From: an uncultured delta proteobacterium
GTDB lineage: Bacteria > Desulfobacterota > Binatia > UBA9968
Direction of reading: 5' to 3'
Length of the DNA stretch: 64,000 nt
Assembly: GCA_963771465.1 (NCBI GenBank)
Contig: CAVYTU010000015.1
Location: forward strand, 672,001-736,000
Under the pieces are notes generated by a model. It did not search any database. It saw only the letters and a list, made by a program, of their open reading frames with translations, and had not been told where the DNA came from. Numbering within the stretch: the stretch's first letter is position 1; the number at the start of each line of letters is the position of its first letter. Below, one piece after another: positions 1-9,727 of this stretch. A program made the translations under genes and the position numbers.

Positions 1-122
1 CGCAAATCATCGGCCGCAAGGACGCCGCGGTGGCGGCAAAATTGGTCCAGTTTAAAAAAGACCTGGCCGCCGGTGTGGAAGAGCGCGACCGCAAACTCCA
101 GAGTGAACGAAGGAAGAGTTGA
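1..122 (+). CDS. purE: C-terminal end of N5-CAIR mutase PurE (partial, window edge)
   Basis: Frame from base 3 reads QIIGRKDAAVAAKLVQFKKDLAAGVEERDRKLQ...*, which resembles the PurE C-terminal helix. It lies directly upstream of tsaC. Confidence 0.6.
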   Translation, partial: QIIGRKDAAVAAKLVQFKKDLAAGVEERDRKLQSERRKS

Positions 123-136
123 GCGTTAATCAATTT

Positions 137-228
137 CAAAATCTCCCCTAACCCCTCTTTTGCAAAGAGGGGAAACTATCCTCATCATCAATTTCCCCCT
201 TTGAAAAAGGGGGACCAAGGGGGATTTT
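137..228. repeat. REP/MITE-like double-hairpin palindromic element
   Basis: Terminal inverted repeats AAAATCTCCCCT...AGGGGGATTTT enclose two hairpins, CCCCTCTTT-TGC-AAAGAGGGG and CCCCCTTT-GAA-AAAGGGGG. Confidence 0.75.
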
Positions 229-275
229 CTTCGAAGATTTTCCAGTTATTGATTTAACACCTAACTTAAAGCGCA

Positions 276-890
276 ATGGCTGATAATTTATCAGACGCCG
301 TCAGCGCGCTTAACCGCGGCGAGGTTATCGTTTTTCCAACCGAGACGCTTTACGGTCTCGGCGCCGACGCGCTCAATTTCGACGCCGTCGAAAAAGTTTT
401 TCAACTCAAAGGCCGCGATCCCACCAATCCCTTTCCTGTGATCGTCTCCGACCGCGCCATGTTGGATCGGGTGGTCGCGGCGACTTCTCCGCTCGCGGAA
501 AAATTAATGGCCCATTTTTGGCCCGGTCCGCTCACCTTGGTGCTACCGGCGCGCGCCGATATCCCGCCGCGGCTTGTAAATGCTACGGGGGGCATCGGCC
601 TGCGCATTTCCAGCCAGCCGATCGCGACGGAACTGGTCAGAACACTCGGCCGGCCGCTGACGGCGACGAGCGCGAATCCGTCGGGCCAAGCCGGCGCGCG
701 AACCATAGCGCAGGCGAAACACTATTTTTCCGGCAAGATCAACATATTCGTCGACGGCGGCGAGTTACCCTCGATCACTGGCTCGACAGTCGCCCAAGTG
801 ACGACAAGCAAAATCAAAATCATTCGCGCCGGCGAGATCGCCAAACGCGAACTGGAGAAAGTAGTTGGGAAAGGAAGCATCGTAACGTGA
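276..890 (+). CDS. tsaC: Threonylcarbamoyl-AMP synthase (TsaC/Sua5 family)
   Basis: Motifs FPTETLYGLGADA, KGR, WPGPLTL and TSANPSG. Confidence 0.93.
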   Translation: MADNLSDAVSALNRGEVIVFPTETLYGLGADALNFDAVEKVFQLKGRDPTNPFPVIVSDRAMLDRVVAATSPLAEKLMAHFWPGPLTLVLPARADIPPRLVNATGGIGLRISSQPIATELVRTLGRPLTATSANPSGQAGARTIAQAKHYFSGKINIFVDGGELPSITGSTVAQVTTSKIKIIRAGEIAKRELEKVVGKGSIVT

Positions 891-1105
891 AACATTTTAA
901 TCACTCAGCGGCGCTGCTCTTGGTCTTCACATTATTAGTTATGGGTTGTGAAGGCAAAAATGAAACCGTCGGCCAAGGCCGGGAAGCCGTTAAGGAAGTG
1001 GTTACTCAGCCGTTCAACACTCTCAACAGCGCCAAGGACTCGCTGCAAAAAAACGAAGACAAACAGAAGGCCGCGTTCGAAGAAGCCGACAAAGAAAATA
1101 AGTAA
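887..1105 (+). CDS. Small putative lipoprotein
   Basis: GTG start overlaps the tsaC stop (GTGA). Hydrophobic signal with lipobox VMGC, then a charged helical tail. Confidence 0.7.
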   Translation: MKHFNHSAALLLVFTLLVMGCEGKNETVGQGREAVKEVVTQPFNTLNSAKDSLQKNEDKQKAAFEEADKENK

Positions 1106-1173
1106 ACCCAGCCGAGCGACGGCCATTTGGTCCGTTGACGCTTGTGCACCACTTGCACGGTCATTCACGCCCG

Positions 1174-1713
1174 CTACGGTTTTCTACGCTGGGTCAGGAT
1201 ACGCTCAACTTCTTTGCCATCTTCGCCGTCATAGTAATTCACGTTGGTGTCGCGCACGTAGAGCGCGCGGAATCCCACCTGCGAGCCGCCGGCCGTATTG
1301 GCGTAGGCGCCGATCTTGTTCGAGTCGGGATACTGCGAGATGTCCGGGTACTCCATCGTGCTAACGACGAAATACGTCAAAATTGTTTCACCCGTGTTGA
1401 TCAGCTGGTGCGGAAAATCCGCACCCGGCGGACAGGCGATCACGTCGCCGGCGCGGATTTGTATCTCGTCTTTACCTAACCGCAAGGTCGCCGTCCCATC
1501 GATGATGTACATCATTTCTTCGTTACCGGTGTGAGTATGATACGGAAACGAAGTTTTGCTGGGCTGTACGCTAAAGAAGCTGTAGCCGAGTTTCTCGGCG
1601 CCGATTTTCATGCCGACCCGTTTGCGCTCGCCGCCGAATCGAGTGCCCTCGGGCCCGTTGATCTTGTCCCACGCCATCTCGGCGAGATTGATCACATGCG
1701 GATGTCTGGACAT
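1174..1713 (-). CDS. Cupin domain protein
   Basis: Cupin motifs PYHTHTGNEEMMYIIDG and PHQLIN, plus YPDSNK. Confidence 0.88.
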   Translation of the reverse strand: MSRHPHVINLAEMAWDKINGPEGTRFGGERKRVGMKIGAEKLGYSFFSVQPSKTSFPYHTHTGNEEMMYIIDGTATLRLGKDEIQIRAGDVIACPPGADFPHQLINTGETILTYFVVSTMEYPDISQYPDSNKIGAYANTAGGSQVGFRALYVRDTNVNYYDGEDGKEVERILTQRRKP

Positions 1714-1785
1714 AACGCCTCCTAGTTTAATACTCGATCGCGAACCCTACCACTGCGCGCGCTCTTTATGCTATCAAACTGACTG

Positions 1786-2763
1786 ATGCTGGTGCTATCA
1801 GAAAAACAAGTTCAAAGTCTGCTCGAGAGCGACGAACTCATCGCCGCATTATCACAAGCCCATATTCAATACTCCACCGGCAAAGCCGTCATGCCGGTGC
1901 GTTTGGTCGTGCCGCTGCCCGACATCCAAGGGCGGATCACCAGCATGCCGGGGTATTTGAATGAAGACCAAGCCCTGGGCATGAAAGTCGTCACTTATTT
2001 CCAGAATAATCCGCAACGAAATTTACCGGCGATCCTCGCCACAATCATGCTGTTCAGCGCTAAGACCGGCCAAACGATTGCCGTCATGGACGGCGCCTAC
2101 ATTACCGCGATCAGAACCGCATGCGCGTCGGCGCTGGCGACCAAAGCGCTGGCAAACCCCGAAACACCGATACTGGGCATCCTTGGCGCAGGCGTCCAAG
2201 CGCGCGCCCATATTCAAGCGCTCACCCGAGTTCGGAAAATAAGTCAGATCAAAATCTATAGTCCATCGGCAACCAGCGCGGCGAGCTTAAAGCGCGCGAT
2301 GGAGAATGAAGTTGGCGTCGCCATCGAAGTTGCTAAGGGCGCGGAAGCAGTTGTCCGTGGCAGCGATCTGCTCGTAACCGTCACCACCGCCAAAGAGCCG
2401 ATCATAAAACCTGAGTGGCTAAAGCCCGGTGTCCATATCAACGCCGTCGGCTCCCATCGTCCCGAATCGCGAGAGATCGACGGGGCGACTTTGGCGCAAG
2501 CCAAAGTCGTGGTTGATTCGCGCGCGGCGATCCTGGCGGAGTGCGGCGATATCCTGCTGGCATTGAAAGAAAAAAGCGTCAGTGACAACGTAATTCACGC
2601 CGAGATCGGCGAAGTTCTCGCCGGCGCCAAACCGGGACGACGCAGCACGGACGAAATAACGCTTTACAAATCCGTCGGCATCGCGATCCAAGACGTCGCC
2701 GCCGCCCATCTCGTCTATCGCAAAGCGTTGGAGCGCAACGTCGGCAGCCACGTTGAAATCTAA
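1786..2763 (+). CDS. Ornithine cyclodeaminase/mu-crystallin family protein
   Basis: Motifs MDGAYITAIRTA, GAGVQA, HINAVGS and YKSVGIAIQD. Confidence 0.92.
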   Translation: MLVLSEKQVQSLLESDELIAALSQAHIQYSTGKAVMPVRLVVPLPDIQGRITSMPGYLNEDQALGMKVVTYFQNNPQRNLPAILATIMLFSAKTGQTIAVMDGAYITAIRTACASALATKALANPETPILGILGAGVQARAHIQALTRVRKISQIKIYSPSATSAASLKRAMENEVGVAIEVAKGAEAVVRGSDLLVTVTTAKEPIIKPEWLKPGVHINAVGSHRPESREIDGATLAQAKVVVDSRAAILAECGDILLALKEKSVSDNVIHAEIGEVLAGAKPGRRSTDEITLYKSVGIAIQDVAAAHLVYRKALERNVGSHVEI

Positions 2764-2860
2764 CTACGACCATAAATCGCTGTGTTTAGCCTGTCCGAAA
2801 AGCGTTTTCGTCTTAACTCGAAACACGGAACTCATAACTTAAAAAGAGCGCGGAGGCGCG

Positions 2861-4669
2861 ATGACTTGGGATCTCACCAGTTACTTCTCTGAATTCCACG
2901 GTCCAGAGATGCTTCGCTTCAAGGAAGCCATCGGCACCGATGTGGCTGCATTGCAAAGCGCCGCGGCGAGTCTGCCGCAACTCACTGTGGAATCGGCGAG
3001 CGCTTGGGAAGATATATTGCTGCGCAATGAGGATCTCTCGCGCCGCATGTCCCATTTCGGATCCTATATCGGCTGTCTGGCATCCTCCGACGCGCGCAAC
3101 GAAGCGTACATGAAAGAAGAAGGCGAGCTGACCCGCATCCGCGCCGAGCTTGCCAAGGTGCGAATCGAGTTGCTGCGCGGGTTGAAACACAGCAGCGACG
3201 CTGAATTCGCCGCCTTGTGCGGCAAACCCACCCTCGCCGGCGCTGAAAATTATCTAAACCGACTGCGCGAAGAAGCCCGCCGCGCCATGTCGGTGGAAAA
3301 AGAAATACTCGCCACCGATCTCGGCGTCGACGGCATTCAGTCTTGGGGACGACTTTACGACACCGCATCCGCCAAGCTGGAATTCGATATGCTCTATCCT
3401 GACGGCCGGCGCGAGCGTGTGCCCATGTCGCAACGCCGTTCGTTGATGGATCATCCCGACCGGCGCGTGCGCCAAGCTGCTTTTGAAGGCGGCAATGCGG
3501 CGTGGCAGACGGTCGAAGACACCGCCGCCGCTGCGCTCAACGCCATCGCCGGGACCAGGCTGACGCTCAATCGCCACCGCGGCGTCGATCATTTTCTCGA
3601 CATCGCCCTGTTTCAAGCCGCCATCGGTCGCAAGACACTCGACGCTATGTTCGAAGCCTTGTTCGCCAATCTAGAAATTCCACGGAAAATTTTGCGCTTG
3701 AAAGCGCAGGTGATGGGGCGCGAGCGTGTCGCGTGGTTCGATCTCGGCGCGCCGCTCGACTTGCCGCACCAAGAAAAGCTGTCCTGGGTCAAAGCCTGCT
3801 CGATGATCGGCGCGTCGTTTAACCAAGCCTATCCCGCCCTGGGAAACTATTTCGCGCAGCAAGTCATCGCCAAGAACTGGGTCGATTGGGAGCCTCGAAG
3901 AGGCAAGCGGCCGGGCGGATTTTGCACCAGCTCGATGCTCAGCAAGGAATCGCGCATCTTCATGACCTACAACGAAGCGCTCGGCGACGTGCTCACCCTC
4001 GCCCATGAATCAGGCCATGCCTATCACGGCTATCTCATGGGCGATGTGCGTCCCTATGCGCGCGGTTATCCGATGACGCTGGCGGAAACCGCTTCGACCT
4101 TCGGCGAAAATGTCCTGATCAACGGCATTCTCGACGATGTCAAAGTCAGCGAGGAGCAAAAAGCGTTGATCCTCGACATCGAACTCGGCCATGGCGCGGT
4201 TTATCTCTTGGACATTCCCGTCCGCTACGAGTTTGAGAAGGTATTCTATGAAGAGCGTGCCAAAGGATCTCTCAGCGTTTCGCGGCTCAAAGAATTAATG
4301 TCCCAGACACAGCGCCAAGTGCTCGGCGATGTCCTCGAGCCTGGCGGCGAAGATCCTTACTTTTGGGCATCGAAGCTGCACTTCTATATCACCGGCATCA
4401 CTTTCTACAATTTTCCTTACACCTTCGGCTACCTGCTGAGCCGCGGCTTGTACGCCATGTTTAGAAAAGAAGGCAACCCTTTCTTACCGAAGTACGAAGA
4501 ATTCCTCCGCCGCGCCGGCAGCGACACGGCTGAGAACGTCGTCAAGCAAACCGTCGGTAGAGATATCGAGAAAACTGAATTCTGGAGCGAAGCGATTCGA
4601 AGCTTGGAAGAACCGCTCAAACAATTGCAGGCCATGCTGCCAAAAGTAATGACTCGAAACTCTGCTTAA
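2861..4669 (+). CDS. pepF: Oligoendopeptidase F (M3B family)
   Basis: Zinc motif HESGH, plus LAETASTFGE, KRPGGFC and FYNFPYTFG. Confidence 0.9.
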   Translation: MTWDLTSYFSEFHGPEMLRFKEAIGTDVAALQSAAASLPQLTVESASAWEDILLRNEDLSRRMSHFGSYIGCLASSDARNEAYMKEEGELTRIRAELAKVRIELLRGLKHSSDAEFAALCGKPTLAGAENYLNRLREEARRAMSVEKEILATDLGVDGIQSWGRLYDTASAKLEFDMLYPDGRRERVPMSQRRSLMDHPDRRVRQAAFEGGNAAWQTVEDTAAAALNAIAGTRLTLNRHRGVDHFLDIALFQAAIGRKTLDAMFEALFANLEIPRKILRLKAQVMGRERVAWFDLGAPLDLPHQEKLSWVKACSMIGASFNQAYPALGNYFAQQVIAKNWVDWEPRRGKRPGGFCTSSMLSKESRIFMTYNEALGDVLTLAHESGHAYHGYLMGDVRPYARGYPMTLAETASTFGENVLINGILDDVKVSEEQKALILDIELGHGAVYLLDIPVRYEFEKVFYEERAKGSLSVSRLKELMSQTQRQVLGDVLEPGGEDPYFWASKLHFYITGITFYNFPYTFGYLLSRGLYAMFRKEGNPFLPKYEEFLRRAGSDTAENVVKQTVGRDIEKTEFWSEAIRSLEEPLKQLQAMLPKVMTRNSA

Positions 4670-5917
4670 CTCATCCCTTCCAGCAGCGCCGTCCTCAACA
4701 AATCGATGGCGTTGAGCGTCATGCGCGAGCGATCATAAGCGCCGCGGCCGGCGCTGGTGCTTTCGCGGCGCAGAAACTTCGCGCCATCGGTGAGCGAAAC
4801 ATAAGTCTGGCCGCGGGCGAGATTCTGAATCTTACTGTTGGGGTCGGCGACGGCATGCAACGCCAGGCCGAAATCGCAGTGCGACAGTTCGCGGGCGGCA
4901 TTGGCCATCGCGTCGGTGAGCGCGATCGGGTCTTTCAGTGCTTCGTCAATCTTCCCGCCGTTCTGCGATCTTTTCAGTAGAACCCGCAGCGACCGCTTCG
5001 TTGTTACAGATAAAGCCTGCGCCAAAATTTTCGTTGCTCGCCGTCTGCATCCGCTCCGCTAACTGGCCGCAAGTCAGATCTTCGCACACCGCCACGGTCT
5101 GGTTTTTCTGCCGCAGCAATTTGCCCGTGACATGTTCCATCGTGTCTTCGTCGGCGGCAAAGATCGCGTTGCCTAACAAGCCGCGCACTTCCTCCTCCAC
5201 GGGCGCGATCATCTGCATCGCCGCAGCGCGATTGGCTGCCTTGGCGGCGATGCGCACGTCGACTTGGCCCGGCAATGCCAGCACGCCGACCGTTGGATTG
5301 CTGGAATTGGCGATCAGATGACCGACTTTGTCATCGACAGCGCTCTCGCCGATGCCGACGATTTTAAGCACGCGGTAATGAATCACTTCGGCGAGATTGA
5401 ACTTCTTTCTGAGATAAGGTTCGACTTCGTTCTCGAACAGCCACTTCATTTCCACCGGCACGCCAGGGAGCGAGAAGATAACCGCGCGCGGATCTTCGAC
5501 GATAAACGACGGCGCCGTGCCGTTGGGATTTTTCACCGGGATCGCTCCTTCGGGCATGTAGGATTGGCGAATATTGTTGGGAGTCATCGGCCGGCCGCGC
5601 CGGCGAAAATGTTCTTCCACCTGCTCCAGCATGCCGGCGTCTTGAATGAGTTTGCGCCCCACTACTTCGGCGACAATTTCACGGGTCAAATCGTCCTGAG
5701 TCGGACCGATGCCGCCGCTGGTGATGACGATATCGGCGCGTTCCAGGGCGCGTGCAATGACTTCTTTCATCCGCGCCGGATTGTCGCCGACGACCGATTT
5801 GAAATACAAATTCACGCCCAGCGCGGTCAATCGCTGCGCCATCCACGCCGAGTTGGTATCGACGATTTGACCGAGCAATAACTCTGAACCGATCGCGACG
5901 ATTTCCGCGTTTGCCAT
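4666..5917 (-). CDS. cinA: CinA family protein (MoCF-biosynthesis-like + PncC-like domains), one frameshift near 4994
   Basis: N-terminus AEIVAIGSELLLGQIVDTNS, GGIGPTQDD and LPGVP. ORFs 4946..5917 and 4666..5025 join if one extra G in GAAGCGGTCG is removed. Confidence 0.85.
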
Positions 5918-6092
5918 GGAAACTTTCTCCTTAAAACGAGTAAAATTTATATCCCAGGCGGTGTGGCTGGCACAAGATCGCCCTTTCTACGTCCGCGCTC
6001 AATCAGCAAACTTTCCTCCACTCGCATGTTCCCGCTTTTCGTCACAACCAGCGCCCCTCGCGCCAGCGCGCCAACCGATGATACGGTGAGAC

Positions 6093-8156
6093 GTGATGAT
6101 GAATTCACCGCGCGATAACCCTCGATTGAACTTTAATTTGGAGGCCGAGTCGAGCGGTTCCAGAGCGCGCGCCGCGACATTTCAAACTTTGCACGGCGAA
6201 ATCAAGACGCCGATCTTCATGCCGGTCGGTACCCAGGCGACGGTCAAAGCGCAAACGGTGGAAACTTTGAAAATGACCGGCGCGCAACTGTTACTGGCCA
6301 ACACCTATCATCTGCTGCTTCGTCCCGGAGCTGAAGTTTTCAAGAAATTCGGCGGCATTCACCATTTCATGAATTGGCACTGGCCAGTGCTGACCGATTC
6401 AGGCGGATTTCAGATTTTTTCTCTGCGCCACTCGAGATCGATGGACGAAGCGGGCGCGCGATTTAAAAGCTATGTGGATGGCAAGTCGTATTTACTTTCA
6501 CCTGAATCGAGCCTCGAAATGCAGCGAACCATCGGCAGCGATATCATGATGGTGCTCGATCAGTGCATCCCTGCCACAGCCTCTTACGCCCAAGCGCAGG
6601 CGGCCATGGAGCTTACGCACCGTTGGGCTCGACGCGCGCTACACGCCCGCGGCGATTCTCCAGCGGCGCTTTTTGGCATCGTCCAAGGCGGCGCCCATCA
6701 GGAGCTGCGAAAAGTGAGCGCCGAATGCTTAGGTGAGCTGCCCTTCGATGGCTTGGCCATCGGCGGCCTCGCCGTCGGCGAAACTCGCACCGAGCGTTAC
6801 GACCTGACTGAATGGGTAACCGCGCTTTTGCCGGCCCACCGGCCGCGATATCTCATGGGCGTGGGCACGCCCATCGATATTCTCGAAGCGGTGCATCGCG
6901 GCGTCGATATGTTCGACTGCATTATCCCGACTCAACTGGCGCAACGCGGCGTTGCGTTCACCTCTCAAGGCAAATTACAGTTGCGCCGCACCGTGTATAA
7001 GCTCGCCGACAAGCCCGTCGACGCCGGCTGCGATTGTCCCTGTTGCCGGCAATATTCCCGCGCCTACATTCATCATCTGATCAAATCAGGCGAGGTATTG
7101 GGGTGGCATCTTTTAGGCATGCACAATCTGTCGTTCTACCATCGTCTAATGCGGCAAATGCGCGAGCGGATCTTAACCGGCACCTTCGCCGTTTACTATA
7201 AGCAAAAACGACTCGATCTAGCGCGCATTGACGAAGACAATCCAACTCGCGCACCAAAAAAAGCCAAGGCCGTCAATTCCGTACGGTTGGGCGATTATGA
7301 ACTGCACCAGTCGGCGCAGGGGAGGTTTTACAGTATTCGTCAGATCAGCTCCGGGGAAATCATGCACTCGGTGACCGCGCCAAGTGAAGAGGCCAACAAA
7401 CTATATGTCGAACAGTCAGCGCTGGCGGCGCGGCTCGTCAAAACTGACGACCACGCCGATGAGCTGGTGCTCTGGGACGTCGGCCTCGGCGCCGCCGCCA
7501 ATGCCATGGCGGCGATTCGCTGCTTCGAGAAATGCTACGATCAGGTTAGCGGCAAGGATTTGCGGTCGATGCGCTTGCTCAGCTTCGAACGCAATCTCGA
7601 TCCGCTCGTGCTCGCGGCCAAGCATCCTGACTGTTTGCCGCACATGCGCCACGGCGCGCCGGCGAAAATTCTCACCCACGGCAGCTGGCAGCACGCTTCG
7701 GGGCAGCTCCAGTGGAAGCTTCTTAAAGGAGATTTTCGCGATTACATTGAATCTGCGAAGCACCCCGGGCTGATTTTCTACGATCCCTTCTCATACAAAA
7801 CCGACGCTGAACTTTGGACCGGCGAAATCTTTGCGCGGATTTTCGCCCGCTGCTCGGAAAAACCGGCGGAGCTTTACACTTACTCGGCTTCAACCGCAGT
7901 GCGCGTGGCGCTACTGAGCGCCGGTTTTTTCGTCGCCCAAGGCGTCGCCATCGGATCGAAGACCGAAACCACCATCGCTTTCACCCGCGCCGATGGCGCC
8001 ACTCAGCATCCGATGAAGCCGCCACCGCTCGACCAGAAGTGGCTCGCGCGCTGGCGCCGCAGCGAAGCAAAGTTTCCCGCAACCCTTGCAGCAGACGAGC
8101 AAGCGCGCTTTGCCACACTGATTGAAAGCCACCGGCAATTTTCCAACGCTGGCTAA
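6093..8156 (+). CDS. tgt: tRNA-guanine transglycosylase fused to a C-terminal MnmC-like SAM-dependent methyltransferase
   Basis: Tgt motifs FMPVGT, NTYHL, DSGGFQ, YLMGVG, DMFDC and CDCPCC...H. C-terminal GEIMHS, DVGLGAAAN, YDPFS...ELWT and TYSAS. Confidence 0.9.
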   Translation: MMMNSPRDNPRLNFNLEAESSGSRARAATFQTLHGEIKTPIFMPVGTQATVKAQTVETLKMTGAQLLLANTYHLLLRPGAEVFKKFGGIHHFMNWHWPVLTDSGGFQIFSLRHSRSMDEAGARFKSYVDGKSYLLSPESSLEMQRTIGSDIMMVLDQCIPATASYAQAQAAMELTHRWARRALHARGDSPAALFGIVQGGAHQELRKVSAECLGELPFDGLAIGGLAVGETRTERYDLTEWVTALLPAHRPRYLMGVGTPIDILEAVHRGVDMFDCIIPTQLAQRGVAFTSQGKLQLRRTVYKLADKPVDAGCDCPCCRQYSRAYIHHLIKSGEVLGWHLLGMHNLSFYHRLMRQMRERILTGTFAVYYKQKRLDLARIDEDNPTRAPKKAKAVNSVRLGDYELHQSAQGRFYSIRQISSGEIMHSVTAPSEEANKLYVEQSALAARLVKTDDHADELVLWDVGLGAAANAMAAIRCFEKCYDQVSGKDLRSMRLLSFERNLDPLVLAAKHPDCLPHMRHGAPAKILTHGSWQHASGQLQWKLLKGDFRDYIESAKHPGLIFYDPFSYKTDAELWTGEIFARIFARCSEKPAELYTYSASTAVRVALLSAGFFVAQGVAIGSKTETTIAFTRADGATQHPMKPPPLDQKWLARWRRSEAKFPATLAADEQARFATLIESHRQFSNAG

Positions 8157-8233
8157 GCACGACTGAATCTAAATGAACGGACTGTTCGCGTGTCACCCTT
8201 GTCCGCTCACAGCTTCTTTGCGACAATGTCCGC

Positions 8234-8983
8234 ATGATCATTCTGCTCTCCAATGATGATGGTATCCAATCCGAAGGCCTCACCGCTCTGGAAAAAAGCC
8301 TCGCGAAACTCGGCGAAATTTACACAGTGGCGCCCGACCGCGCGCAAAGTTCAATGAGCCACGCCTTAACGCTGCACCGGCCGCTGCGCGTCCACGAACT
8401 GAGCCCACGGCGAATGTCCGTCGATGGCACTCCCGTGGATTGCGTCAAACTCGCGCTCACCGGTCTCCTGCCGGTTAAGCCGGATCTGGTCGTCTCGGGC
8501 ATAAACAAAGGACCGAATCTCGGCGACGACATCATTTACTCGGGCACGGTTTCCGCGGCCATCGAGGGGACGCTTTTGGGAATTCCCGCCATCGCCGTAT
8601 CGCTAGTGACTTTTGAAAAGTTCGATTTTGACGCCGCGGCGGATTTCACCGCGACGTTGATCGAAAGTATACAGCGGCCGGGCATACCGCCGGGAACCTT
8701 GCTCAACATCAACGTCCCACATTTACCCAAGGAACAACTTCGGGGTTGGAAGTTGACTCGTATGGGCAAGCGCCACTACAGCGAAAACATCGTCGAAAGA
8801 ATCGACCCGCGCGGCGTCAAATATTATTGGATCGGCGGCGACGATCTGGGCTTCGCCCATGACGACGGCACCGATTGCATCGCCGTGCACGAGGGTTTTG
8901 TCTCGGTCACACCATTGCAAGTCGACCTTACCGACCACAAGCTTTTGCATGAAGCGCCGCTAGAGCAATTTACTTGGCCGTAA
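8234..8983 (+). CDS. surE: 5'/3'-nucleotidase SurE
   Basis: Motifs LLSNDDG, DGTPVDCV and SGINKGPNLGDDIIYSGTVSAA. Confidence 0.96.
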   Translation: MIILLSNDDGIQSEGLTALEKSLAKLGEIYTVAPDRAQSSMSHALTLHRPLRVHELSPRRMSVDGTPVDCVKLALTGLLPVKPDLVVSGINKGPNLGDDIIYSGTVSAAIEGTLLGIPAIAVSLVTFEKFDFDAAADFTATLIESIQRPGIPPGTLLNINVPHLPKEQLRGWKLTRMGKRHYSENIVERIDPRGVKYYWIGGDDLGFAHDDGTDCIAVHEGFVSVTPLQVDLTDHKLLHEAPLEQFTWP

Positions 8984-8996
8984 CAACGGGCAAATC

Positions 8997-9398
8997 ATGC
9001 ACGACGACACAGAAAACCAAGAGATCAGACTCGACAAGTGGCTTTGGGCCGCGCGCTTCTTCAAGACCCGGTCGCTGGCGGTGCAAGCGATTGCCGGCGG
9101 TAAAGTTGAGATTAATGACGACCGTGCAAGACCGAGCCGCCTCGTCCGCCTTGGCGACAGACTGAAAATCCGCCGCGGCCCGTACGAATGGACCCTTGTC
9201 GTCAAGGCAATCTCCCGCCTGCGCGGGACCGCGCAGAAAGCTCAACTTCTCTATAACGAGTCCGAAGAGAGTGTGCGCAAACGCGAAGTGATGATTGCTC
9301 AGATGAAGCTCGAACGTCCGCCGGACTTCGACAGCCCCGGTCGTCCATCGAAACGAGACCGGCGCGAGATCGCCAAGTTCACCAAGCGCAGCTGGTAG
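8997..9398 (+). CDS. hslR: Ribosome-associated heat shock protein Hsp15 (S4 domain)
   Basis: Motifs RLDKWLWAARFFKTRSLA and GRPSKRDRR. Confidence 0.93.
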   Translation: MHDDTENQEIRLDKWLWAARFFKTRSLAVQAIAGGKVEINDDRARPSRLVRLGDRLKIRRGPYEWTLVVKAISRLRGTAQKAQLLYNESEESVRKREVMIAQMKLERPPDFDSPGRPSKRDRREIAKFTKRSW

Positions 9399-9500
9399 CT
9401 TGCGGCCCGCTGGCAGCATGCTACCGTGACTAAACTGTTGGCAATGTTATGGGACTCGCTTGGATTATTCATGCTACGAGGGAAACGCATGGCAATGCGT

Positions 9501-9677
9501 CGATCGAGGTGTGACCCTGGAGGAGCGAAGGCACCCCGGGCAAATGCGTCATCGTCCTGTTGGCGCTTGGCAGGAGGTTGGACCTTTTCACAGCTAATCG
9601 CATAAGCAACTCGCTAGGTTTGCATCTCAAAGGCACAGGCCCATTGCCTTCGCTCCGGAAGGGTTGCAGCTCGATCG
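9501..9677 (+). ncRNA. Candidate structured RNA (long closing stem, multibranch interior), family unidentified
   Basis: The ends pair over about 33 bp (CGATCGAG/CTCGATCG, TGTGACCCT/AGGGTTGCA with 2 G-U, GGAGCGAAGGCA/TGCCTTCGCTCC, GGGC/GCCC), with internal hairpins. Confidence 0.45.
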
Positions 9678-9727
9678 CTGTTTCAGCACCGATAACCCAG
9701 GCTAGCAGTCGAAATCACGGAGGACCT

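Noticed and set aside
9501-9677. Calling the structured element 6S RNA, SRP RNA or a glycine riboswitch
   Set aside because: The length fits 6S, but the interior is multibranched and the conserved motifs of these families are not evident. Left unassigned.
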